Positions 26,251 through 37,740 of a stretch of DNA of 64,000 nt are shown here, in pieces (within the stretch, counting starts at the first letter, position 1; every line of letters starts with the position of its first letter). The translations under genes were made by a program, and so were the position numbers. Source of the DNA: Marsupella aquatica (taxonomy: Eukaryota; Plantae; Marchantiophyta); contig OZ316898.1 of the NCBI GenBank assembly GCA_973895155.1, forward strand, positions 5,877,079 through 5,941,078, in the 5' to 3' direction. The notes beneath the pieces are model-generated. The model was not told the DNA's origin, ran no database searches, and worked only from the letters and a program-made list of their open reading frames with translations.

Positions 26251-28130
26251 ACTTGAACCTCACCACCCATGCCTACTCTAGATTGCCGAGGTGCATGATT
26301 GAACTAAACTTCTTTGGCCTTGGGCCCAATTAAGAGGATCTCTCACTCAAGCCTTTAGAAGTCAGAGTCTGTCTGGGGATCTGAACAATGCGCCCTAAGC
26401 TCGACCCTTCCCATGACCCGACTAGCTCCTAACTCCTATCAAATTCCTTAGTGTGCACTATTGAGTTAACACATTACCTCGAGCATTACTTTTGCTAGTG
26501 CAACGCCTCCTTGCCCACAAGTCTCCCCATACTTAGTCCCGATTGGATGGTCATACCAGGGGCTTGGACCATAGAGGAGCTTGATGTCGGAATCAGCGAC
26601 GCCAGAGCTAAGTGGTAGGGTTGTCAAGTTCTGCGACTGTGTATTGTTTGTCTCCTTCTGCGATGCTTGGTGTCCCCTTAGAGGTTTCCATTTGACATGT
26701 ACGTCCCATTGACACGTGGTCTTCCGACAACATTCACCTTGAACGGGCACTCCTTTAGAATGTAATAGCAAACTAAGAATGCAAATTCCTTGGCCTTTGA
26801 ATGACACTTCTTGTACAATTCTTTGGTTATTCAATGTGTCCTCATTCTCAGTGCCAAAATGCCAAGGTGTTCCCCAAATTTGTTGGAAGTTGAGACATTG
26901 CAAACATCACCGCATTGTCGTATTCTCAAAGGATTTTGCTGTCCTATTTTCTGTTGGTACTTAATTAACTTTAGCGCATGGTGAGGTTAACTAGGTGGCG
27001 ACAAAAACATAACATTTGCTGTTTAGTTTCATACACTCAAGATACGGATGTTCCTTATTCATGTCATAGACAAATCTGTTCAGTAGAAACCAAATGTTAA
27101 TATTAACCGTCAATGTGTTTCTCATCCATGTTGATAAAAAATACTCATGTGGTGTATCATCATTGATTGTGCAAGATATCAACTTTTATGAATGCCACGG
27201 TGACTCCTGTTGGACTTTGTTTTATTGAGTATAAAATCTATAGACGGTTTTATATTACCACACAACAATGATTAGCTCCTTACTGGGTGTATGTTGGGTG
27301 ACGGTGTTACTTTAATGCTGTGTCAACAGCATCAAGCATAGGCCTTAATCTATTCCTGGGAATGGACAGACTATATCCATTCACTTATCCAGTGTTTTCA
27401 TTCAGCCCCCGCCACTGGATCGACATTAGTCTTAAAACATAATGTCTGGTCCCATGTTTCTGTAGCGTTGTCTAGACGGCTGCGGGGAGACATGGGCCGG
27501 AGATAGAGTAATCACAACAGCCTATTCAAACGATGCATTCTCCGGCTTACTGTAGTGCCTGCAATAACATAAATAAATGAAAACATAAATATCATGAACA
27601 GTGAATGTACTGCATAGAACCTGATCCTGATTTGATCCCATGTTGGTTTGAGTGTCGTATTGCTGGGGCAAGTTCAGCTGCCCACAATTGTCTGCTGTAG
27701 CTCCCACTCCTCGCGAGGTGCTATTCTCACGAGTTGCTTGTCTCATGAGCTGCTGGTCAAGGTGTCCAATGCTCCTAATGTCAAGTGAGAGTAGACGAGC
27801 CAAGTTGGCTGTGGGGCTGCTTCTGGCAGTGCCGATACCTTAGGCCATGTTTTAGGGCAACACCTTCAGGTGGCTGATCCATAGACGGTCTAGATAAAGG
27901 GTGATCAAATCAATGGCTCTATGAGCCATGACAATGTAGCCGGAAGCTGAGTCTTTTGGATTGGATTATAGTGCTCTTAGTGGGCTCCACAATATATGCA
28001 ATGATATGTATATATAATGAAAATATGGCATGTATATCATTTTCACTTATACGGTATGATTCTTGTTGCCCTCTTGTGGTACGTATAAGGGGTCTAATGA
28101 TGGAAGCTCGTAGCTTATCTTTGGCTTTTC

Positions 28131-28134
<4 letters not shown>

Positions 28135-28182
<48 letters not shown>
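28135..28182. repeat. (GA)n microsatellite
   Basis: Direct reading. Confidence 0.95.
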
Positions 28183-28184
<2 letters not shown>

Positions 28185-28906
28185 CACACGGGTAGCTTGT
28201 TAGCTTGCCATGCTATGGTGGATGTGGGATGTTAGAGCATATTGATTGATATCTTGGTCGTGAAGGTTGCCTAGCTAGACAAGGTGAACCACATGATATC
28301 ACTATTGTATGCTATACTGGTTTTATGTGACATTACACAATGCAATATATTTGCAGCACTTTGAAGACCTCTCGGTTTATTTCTATCTTAGTTATCAAAG
28401 TGCTCCCATAAAATTTCTGTTTGTTACCCATACTCAAAACATGGGTCTTGTGAGATCTCCAAGTTAGTATAGATAGCAAAGTTGCTTGAATTTTGTTGGA
28501 CTGAAGTTCCTTACTTGCTTGGCAATGTCCCAATTTCAACAAAACAAGGGAATAATGTAGGAGAAATAAGATGACAACATGTTGTATGACCAGCAGCATA
28601 GATGCTGTTTGGCAGCATTGGGAAAAGGAGAATGCAGACTTGGAAAATACCAAGTATTCTGACCGATGAAAAAAGGTTTGCCTGGACGCAGCAGCTTGGA
28701 AAACATTTTCTGATGCCTACCACCGGTGCAACCCAAAAAGACGCCTCAAGCCAGGATACATGGGATATGCCGGATGGTGAAGACTGCTAAGGATGCTCTT
28801 ACCATAACAGTATGGGCAACAATAGCATTAAACTCAAGGTGAAATCAACTGGCTTAGGTCAGTTGGGTAGTGGATTAGCCTGGAATTCAAAGGTCCCAGG
28901 TTCAAC

Positions 28907-28949
28907 ACCCCCCCCCCCCCCCCCCTCTCCACACACAGGGGTGTAAAGG

Positions 28950-28980
<31 letters not shown>
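28907..28980. repeat. poly-C tract and (TG)n microsatellite
   Basis: Direct reading. Confidence 0.9.
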
Positions 28981-30077
28981 GGATGGGTTTTGTGGGTAAA
29001 GAAGATGGGCATTCTGATTATCTGCTGGTTCACTGGTTGTCCACTTTGTGGCCTTGCTTTAATACCCTCTCCCTCCTGGAGCCGGGCCCTGTCGGATGCG
29101 TGGGAGCTCACCCTGAAATTGATTCACCCTGAAATGGATTCACTAAAATGAATGTATGTCAATCACTATTGGGGTGGGGAGAAAACTCAAGCTGAAGCTT
29201 TCTTTTGGGGGGCATTATGGGCCCACAATGCCCGTGTTAAACAAGACATTAGCATATTCAAAGCACCAAATATTATAAAGAGGAAAGTGCATTAAATGCA
29301 AAAGCTTAGAACGCTTGATACAAGATGATGGAAAAAATTAAATAGGTGAGTGGGGGCGGAAGCACCTGACATGTGACCCGCTGCTAGAGTAAGGCTTTTC
29401 GTCCCTTATATTCTGTCACTTTCCATGTGACCGCCCCACTTCTGCCCCGGGGTAAAATATTCTACGACAACCAGTCGTAGCCACAGTAAGATCCCTGTTC
29501 TCCGTAAAACTGAACAAGAGCATGGTAAAGGTGAAAAAAGAACATGCCTGTACGAAAATCGGGGACTCCATGTTCCGTAAAATACGGTAATCAGCAATTC
29601 CAATGACGAGCGAATTCCCGACTGACTCAATCGACAGCCGTCCGTATAGGAATGGGCGGCCCGGATCCATCTACAGCTCATAATTAGAGAGGTAATTGGC
29701 CCGATCGTCACTCCCGTCATTGTCACAAGCCTCGATCACCGACGGACGAGCTGCGGTACGGTAATTCCCTCTTTGAGTTTCCGTAGGATAAAGTTCTTAC
29801 GACCGCAGTGTACAGCATGGCGGGGTCCCGTCGCTGTGGAGACCGGCGCCCGGCGCCCGGCGTCCAATCTAACTTCCCGACGTTCCGCGCCGCGCCCGAT
29901 TGTTCCTATTTCACGCCCCTGCCGAGGCTGTCACTGTCGAACCAGCGGCAGCTTCTGTGTACGCTTTGAATGCACTACACTACTGAACTACAGTCACTGT
30001 ACTACTGTAGGCTGCAGGGGGGCGAGGTCGCACTCGGAGAATGGTAGAGTACAGTCTACCATGTACACCGGATCTTA

Positions 30078-30621
30078 GGGGCACTTTACAAGACGTCGGG
30101 GCCGTTCGTTTCCTTTTCTACCAAAGCTGAGCTAGCAGCAGTTTCACATGCTAAAAACAGTATACCGGGGCTAATAGAGAATTCAGAAGACTTTTATTGC
30201 CCCCACGTCTTGTAAAGGGAACTCTGGCCAGTGTAGACTTGTAGCTAGAATCATTGACTAGAAGACAAACTTGGGATCCACTCCACCTGAATCTTTGGCT
30301 AATGCTGGCTAATCTTTGGCTAATGCTGGTTCCTGTGGGTCCGCATTTATTGAAAACTGCCCATAATAGGAATGGACCAAGCGGCCGGATGAAGGAACCT
30401 CCAACGGAGGTGGTCTAAAATTCTGGACAAAAAAGAGCTCCACGTCGGCAAAAGTTGGGCCCCACTGAAGTCCATGTAGGATCGGCAGAATCAATGAGCA
30501 AAACTGCCCCCGACGTTTTCTAAAGTGAACTCCAGCACTATCTCCCCAATGGATGGCCCAGATTGGATCTTGGATGTCAGAAAAGTGAAGGAACTGCCCC
30601 CGACGTCTTGTAAAGCCACCC
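30078..30621. mobile_element. PIF/Harbinger-type MITE
   Basis: ~30-bp imperfect TIR (ggggcactttacaagacgtcgggg / cccccgacgtcttgtaaagccaccc), TTA TSD, and internal copies of the TIR motif at ~30200 and ~30505. Confidence 0.8.
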
Positions 30622-32227
30622 TTATTGCAGGCTCCCGGGGAGGTCGGGATGTCCTCGGTTTGCACTATGTTATAATAAGTGCAATATACCATTTATGCAC
30701 TTCTAAATATGCGCAGAGTTGAATATAGAATAACTGAGGTCTGGGTTGGGGTTACTAGGCTGTAACCCAACCCTGGGTCTGGAATGAGAGAACAAGTGAT
30801 CAAAAACAGCCGCTAAGCTTTTTTGAACATTTTTTGAACATTTCAGATGCAGGAGTATAGGCGGTGACCCCCAAGACCTCAGTGTATGTGGCATAAGTTT
30901 TGTCTGGAAAAGGGTTGTTCAGCTATCAAATTCCCAGGCACAATATTTATGTGAAAAGCACCACACTAATGGTCACCCAACTTGGTTCAGTACAAGATTT
31001 ACACTACCCATTAAGTGCATGGGAACTTGGTTATGCACGTCCTCATATGGGTTCTTGGGTCACACACATGGTCTCCTCATACTTCGAGCCCTCATACTCC
31101 ATGATCCATGACCCAACTGGATAAGGGCATGGAAACTACAACATTCATATATCTGGTGCACTTATCAAATAATGCAGATATACATTTATATATTGATTGT
31201 CTAATGTCAGTATTTGTAGTTTAGTGAGGGTCAACCTGAATGTTTGCAAACTAAAAGTAAATTGGTGCATTGACAAAAGAGGTTCCTGTATTAAGACAGG
31301 GGATTACATGGCCGGTCTCCAGTCAACTACAAAATGCACTTATAAAGGCTGCACTTATACACGGTGAGCTGTACTGGAGTAGCTACACTAACTGAGTGCC
31401 AATGAAGAACCGAGACCGGCGGAGGTCTGGATACGCGTAGCTCTCCTCGTGAGGAAATCTGGTACCTCGTGTTGTATCGTAGGTGCGTAGTGTACAGCAG
31501 CAGTGCTCGTTATGTGGGACCGTTCTGCGCCGTGGGAAGGCGAGAGACTGAGCGAGTGGCGTCTCGTCATGGGGGATCATCAACCAACAAAGAACGGAAA
31601 GACGGAAAGACGGAAAGACGAAGAAGGCAGAGTGGTGTCGTTGTGCTGCACTACTCACTACTCGCTACTCACTACTGTAGCGTAGCAGTTTAGTCGGCGG
31701 GGGACGAAGAAAAACGCGAAGGAAAGGAAGGGAGTTTGAAGACGCAGTCATGGATGTGTGCACAGCAGGCCAGCAGCGGTGAAGAATAGAATGATGGGAC
31801 TGTGGGAGGGAGTTGAAGGAGAGCGACGAGGTGAATGTACAGGGGGGAGGTGGAGGAAGGTGGAGGGCCGGTGATGGAAGAGGGGACGGAGACCGGAAAC
31901 GAATGCAGGCGAATCCGCTGGAGGAACAGCTGTGAGGGGATGGAGATGCGGAGGACTTTGATTGGGAAACAGAGATGGAGTTGAAGGATTGATGAGGAGG
32001 GAGCAAGGGAGAGCGGGAGAGAGGAGACTGGGCCGGGAAAGAGACGGGGAATCTGGAAACCGTGAGAGAAGAAGATGAAGGGGGTGGGGGAGGACAGAGG
32101 CGGTGGAAGAGATCGAGGACGGTGGTGGACTGGTGGTGGATGTGAGGGAATTGGAGTTTGAAAGAGAGAGCGGAGGAGGGGAGGTAGGAGGTCTGCTGCT
32201 GCCTCCCTCGACTCCCGGCGGCGGGGC

Positions 32228-34985
32228 ATGCCTATGGCAAGAGCGCTTCGGAGGACCCTCTCACCACAGATCAAGGACAGACTCGGGTGCGGAAACAGCG
32301 GCACGAGCGGCGGACTTACTATGCTGCAGAACGGAGGAAGAGGAGGGAGTGTGGTGTTCGCTGTGGAGAAAGATTACGAGCAAAATGTGCATACGCAGCA
32401 CAATAATCATGTCTCGTGTTTTACCTCTTTGACCGGAAGTGTGGTCGGTTCTGCCACATCAGTTTCGACCACATCATCGTCGCATTCCGACAATCTATTT
32501 TCGATTGCAAATTTAGCACTGATTTTCCCGTTTCCGTGCCTGAAGAACTTGGGCCGGACGGGAGGGGGATCAATGGATAGGCCGCAGAAATCCAACAGAG
32601 GGTCGTTTTGGAAGAGACCAATGCTGCACCTCCTGCTCTGCCTCGTTTTGGGAATAGTAATGGGATTCACGTCCTTGAGGTGGTCAGATTTCCCGTCTCG
32701 TAGGGACGAGGCGCCGCGCGACGTGGCCCTTGTAAACGGTTTTACATCTAATTTGCAGAGAGAGGGGTTTAGGAGGCAGGGTTTAGGGAGTTGGGATTCA
32801 GGGAGCGAGGATTCAGGAAAGAAGGGGCGACGGGGTGAAAAACTTTTTGAATATGAATCATTGCGAGACAGTTCGGGTGTAAGTAAGGACGGTCACGCGA
32901 TTTCCACTGCAGACAATACGAAAGCCTTGCAGAAAGAACATCTAAAATCGGGCTCGTTCGAGCTAGCTCCAGGCCTGAACTACACCTTGGACCCGGAGCG
33001 AAAATTACTCATAATTGTCACCCCGACATACAATAGACCTTTTCAGGCATATTATTTGACTCGTCTAGCACAGACCTTGAGGCTGGTTCCTCCGCCACTC
33101 CTATGGTTGGTGGTAGAGATGCCTTACCAAACTCTGGAAACTGCATCAGTCCTTATGCAGACGGGGATCATGTACAGGCATCTGGTTTGTAGGACTAATG
33201 TTACCGATGTCAAAGATCGAGTCGTGCATCAGCGAAACTTTGCAATGGAGCATATTGAGCTACATCAGTTCAATGGAGTAGTCTATTTTGCCGACGACAA
33301 CAACGTTTATTCGCAGGATCTCTTTGAAGAATTGCGCAAGATCAGGTGCTCTCTCTGTTCTTCTCTCGAAATTGCAAACATGTAAAATATTCTCTCTCTA
33401 TATTTCGGTATGTTGGACTCTGGCTTCTTCACTGCTGTCTGTCCCAAATGTAGCCCATTCACGGTATTTTTCTTTCGATCATTCTTTGCCTATCTCGGAA
33501 AGTGACAGCCAAGATGCTATCGTTTATTCGAGCACATTACCTTTCCAGAGATAGGAGAGCATGAACTGAATCGAGCTTGAATTTTGAATGTGATATCACT
33601 CCCATCCAGAAGAAGTAAATGATGAGCGTTAAGCGTTGGCAAGATATTCGTGGGTTGGCTCCCTTTGTGGTTCGAGCTCTGTGGTGAATTTAGGGTAGGT
33701 TTATCGTGGAATTCCATCTCCGTCAGTGTCAAACATAGAGTGAGCGAACGAATGAATGAAACGAATAAATTTGGTTGAAGACTCACTTTAGCCATGGGGC
33801 AAGAGAGAGATATAGAGGGTGAGTGATTCAATTTACAGTCCAAGGGAGCAACAATGTACAAGTACTTCGCGGAAACGAAATTGCAACACAGGCCAGGAGA
33901 TCATCAAACAGTAGACTGAATAGATTATTTAACCTATTGATCTAGACTAGGCTTATGAAGAGCTGTAACCAAAAGAAGGAATTCCCTGATCTGAACTAGG
34001 CTTCATTTTCTAAGTAACTGGTATCTTCTTTGCACGAAAAAAACATTGGGAGACGGACTCTAAATAGTTTGAATACGTGGTCAGATTTAGTATGACTAAT
34101 CACTTCCGTACCTATAGTTTAGTCTCGAGTTCTTGTATCGGACTTTCTCAAGCTGCTAGTATCCGCTTCCTCATGAATTGAGACTCGTCGTTCTCACAGT
34201 GAGACAGTGAGTTAAGTTACCCTTTTTCCATGTTCGTGTTCATTTCTGCAATGTTGAGATTCAGTGGTCTTGATTATTCTGGTTGCCGCGTTTGCAGTCG
34301 GTTTGGGACTTGGCCTGTTGCCATGCTAGGTGAAGGCAAAGCGAGAATTCTTCTGGAGGGCCCTGTATGTGATGAAGAAAGAGTTATTGGGTGGCATACA
34401 ACAGAGAAAAGTAAGAACACGCGCAGGTTCCACGTGGGCATGGCAGGCTTCGCTTTCAATAGTACTATTTTGTGGGACACCGTCAACTGGCCTCATCGTA
34501 GTGGGCAGCCCATTCGTCAATTGGATACTGTTCCAAAAGACCTCCAGGTGGGTTGCATTCCTGGCCCTTACGAGGATTCATTCTATCTCGGCGAAGGTTG
34601 GCAATATTGAAAGTATTACAATCCCTTGTTCTTCTCTTATTTGCAAGGCTCCTTACTTAGTGGTTGAAGACATCAAAGAGGGCGGTGACATACTGCCAAC
34701 TCCGGATGCTGTGATCGAATCATCTCTTTGGGTTGCGTCTGCTATGCGTTGATCCCAAGACTTCATTCTTCTCTCACATGACATCGATTTCCTTGATTTT
34801 TTCAGGAAACAACTTTGATTGAGCAGTTGGTCGAAGATGAGGAGCAAATGCAAGGGTTAGCCAGTGGATGCAGCAAAATATTGGTATGGCATGTGTATAT
34901 GGAAGCCCCCCAGCTTGTCTATCCGTATGGATGGTCCCTTGCTAAACCACTATTTCCTAACATTCCTTTTCAAGCTCAAACGTAG
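32228..34985 (+). CDS. IRX9L: GT43 beta-1,4-xylosyltransferase, IRX9-like (IRX9L/IRX9H), 3 exons
   Basis: Exons 32228-33345, 34298-34547, 34806-34985 (GT-AG, in phase). The N-terminus [11 protein letters not shown] resembles IRX9H. It has a TM helix ([15 protein letters not shown]) and GT43 motifs [58 protein letters not shown] and ILVWH. The start could be 32228 or 32234. Confidence 0.92.
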
Positions 34986-35537
34986 GGGTTTCTTCGTCAT
35001 GTCCCACTGTAAATATTGCCAATCAAGCAGCCTGTGGAGTACTTGAATTGTCTGTACTTGCTTTTATTCTCCATTTTTTGCCGATTCCCGAATAGCGGAA
35101 TATGCACCACAATTTTGGATGTCCTGTAGTAATTGAGCTTGTGCTCTAGTGAATGTAACTTTACGCCTAGAGCTTGCAACGGCAGGGCTTGTCGTATTGT
35201 GTACATCACGAGTTGTATAGTTGTAGCCCACAAGAGGAGAAAGTATTCGTGCAGCTTTAACAAGGCGTTGTGACTTGCTACTTGGGTTTGCCACAGTGCT
35301 AAATTAGCGTTTGACAGATAGACCGGTGATTCTGACTCTCGGAACTCTCAAAGTAGCACCTTCAGATTTATCCACTGTGGTTTTACTTTGCTTATGAGAG
35401 GAAATTATTCCCATGCATACGAGCTTTGATACATAGAGTTCAACTTGATGGGCCACGTTCAGCCTTCATTTACCAGTGTCTAATAAGCCGACCGTCTCTA
35501 ACGTTCAGTAACACCTTCAACATGAGATCATGCGTCA

Positions 35538-35618
35538 CCACATTTGTGAATTCGATTGGGTGATTTCACACCAAGTTCCACATTTGTGAATTCGATTTGG
35601 TGATTTCACACCAAGTTC
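35538..35618. repeat. 40-bp tandem duplication
   Basis: ccacatttgtgaattcgatt.ggtgatttcacaccaagttc occurs twice. Confidence 0.85.
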
Positions 35619-36948
35619 AGAAGATAAGTTATCCGGCAGTCGCGTTGCTTCACTCCAGCATTGTTTGTTTGTAAGTTTTCCATCATGGCCAGGTTGTGAA
35701 CCTCTGCACTTTTGGGAAAGTGAGGCAGTCAGTGGGGAGGTGCCTGGAGCACCCAGTGGGTTATCTTTATCGGGTTTGCTCGATTCATTATTGATGGTCT
35801 GAACAGCTGGATAAGAGAGTGGGATTGCAAATAATTAAGTCAGGAGGTACTATGGCGGAGTCCATTGGTATCACTGAACTCTTGGGACACAAGCAAACTC
35901 AAATTGGGTCACCTCGAGGTAAAATCTAGTACTAAGGAATGAAAGAATGACAACTTGATCCTGACCCCCAACTAAGACTTACACCAGATCTGAGGGCCAT
36001 TGCTTTAGCAGAAATCGAGCCTTGATAATTTGGATACCAACCTAACCTCAGTTTGAACATTAAGCCAAGATAGCCGCAAGGCCTGATATTGGCTTCATAT
36101 AGTGTAGGGATCCTGCTTCTACCTGTTTCAGTGCACTCAGGAAAGAACGTTGGAAGTTTTGTGTGTCATGTATAGAGAGATCCGTTTTAAAGTGCAATTT
36201 CGGAATGTGGAGCGATGGAGAATGGAAGACGACTAAACACCTAAAACATGGCACCCTGTTTATATATGATGAACCTTCCCAATTGCGGACTTACAGCTGC
36301 AAGGGCGCACATCACTAGCGTTTGTCACTAGAGTGCCACACTAGTAGTGGTTTATATGTTGTACGTAGTATCACTTTGGGTGAGGAGATGGAGCCTCATC
36401 ACTACTAAGCTTCCAGTGCTTGAATAGAAAGGACTGCTCATCAGTGTTCCCATCTGTTGTTATTCCTAGCCTATCGCAAATATCCTCACATCAAGTTCAA
36501 TTTTACACTCACAATCCTTTTCATTTGAGGATGTTAATCAAACCGATGCTAATCAAACCGAGGAAATATCGTTTGAGTTGCACAATGGATCTGTGACCTA
36601 GCCATGAGGTCAAAGCCCCATGTCTTCGAAGTAACGAAGATCCGGGTTGCATTATCACCAAGACCTTCCTAGCAAGTTGTATTCTTCCAGACAACTAGAT
36701 GTTTCAGATTTCCCAGCAAAGGAGTAGATACATCAAATTATATTCTTCCAGACAACTAGATGTTTCAGATTTCCAGTAAAGTAAGTACATACAAAACCGG
36801 GGAGTAGAATTATTTGTCTGCAACTTTGGGAGAACTACTTTGGGAGAACTGTATCTTGAAAGCTAAGAAGAAGGGAGGTTTAGAAAATCACATGACCTTG
36901 CCTTTTGTACAACTTCATTGAGGGTTGCTAAAGTAAGAAGTGACTATT

Positions 36949-37200
36949 TTAAATTTGTGATAAGCTTTTTTACTTTTACTAAAGCGAATGAGCAATGAAC
37001 AGTAAGTGGGCCCTTAAGAATCTGTCGGGGCAATGCACAGTCCAAGGCATGGCACTAATCCGACCGTACACAAATCAACCCTAAATCTAACGGTAATACA
37101 AATGTACATGCCTGACTAGATAACACCTGGACAGAGACCAGTATGACCCGGGAGTGGAACACGGTAAGCAGGATCACAGATGAATCAATAATACTCAATA
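36949..37200 (-). repeat. 3' LTR of the outer copia
   Basis: Direct repeat of 45443-45694, bordered by the PPT. Confidence 0.85.
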
Positions 37201-37374
37201 CCCCCTCCCGTCCAGTGATCCATTAGAGGAAACGAAGCTACGTGAAGCGCAGTGAAGATGGATGTAGCTAGAGGATGCTTGTTCGTGCTGTGGGTAATGA
37301 TCGGGACAATGAGATGGATCGTCAAATTACTCCATGATGGAATGGAGAAGCTCTTCTAGAGTGTACACCAGCAC

Positions 37375-37740
37375 ATGATCAACAATGTGGAAGAGGGGAC
37401 AAAGATACGTAAAACAGAGGCCAAAAGATTGCGAAGAACGTGTGACAGAGTTGATGTCGTTGGTCACCCCAGCTACAGTGGCAAGAGAGACAACTTATCA
37501 GATAAGCCCATAACGCCTGCTCCACAATATTTTAGTGATCACTCCTCAAAACGAAAGTATCACGCTGTTGTGAGAGGGTATGTCCCTGGCTTATATGATT
37601 CATGGGAGGAATGTGAGCCACAGGTGAAGGGTTACCGTGGACAAATATACAAGTCCTTCAAGTCCAGGGGCAAGGAGAGCACTATTTACAGGACAAATTG
37701 TAGAGAGCGGGAGATCATGCTGTTCAGGTTACTGGTTTAG
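37375..37740 (+). pseudogene. Antisense ORF in the outer copia with an RNase H1 N-terminal / Cauli_VI (viroplasmin) hybrid-binding motif
   Basis: KRKYHAVVRGYVPGLYDSWEECEPQVKGYRGQIYKSFKS (from 37549) fits the YAV..G..PGIY.SW.EC..QV.GY....YKSF consensus. A probable 1-nt frameshift restores ..QGEHYLQDKL*. Confidence 0.75.

Noticed and set aside
26466-27843. Short ORFs and splice-like signals (CPFKVNV motif, possible micro-exon near 27551-27558)
   Set aside because: No consistent gene model. At best this is a MULE-like remnant.
31665-32304. Pro/Ser-rich minus-strand ORFs (204 and 113 aa)
   Set aside because: They are shadows of the purine-rich IRX9L leader, with low complexity and no domain.
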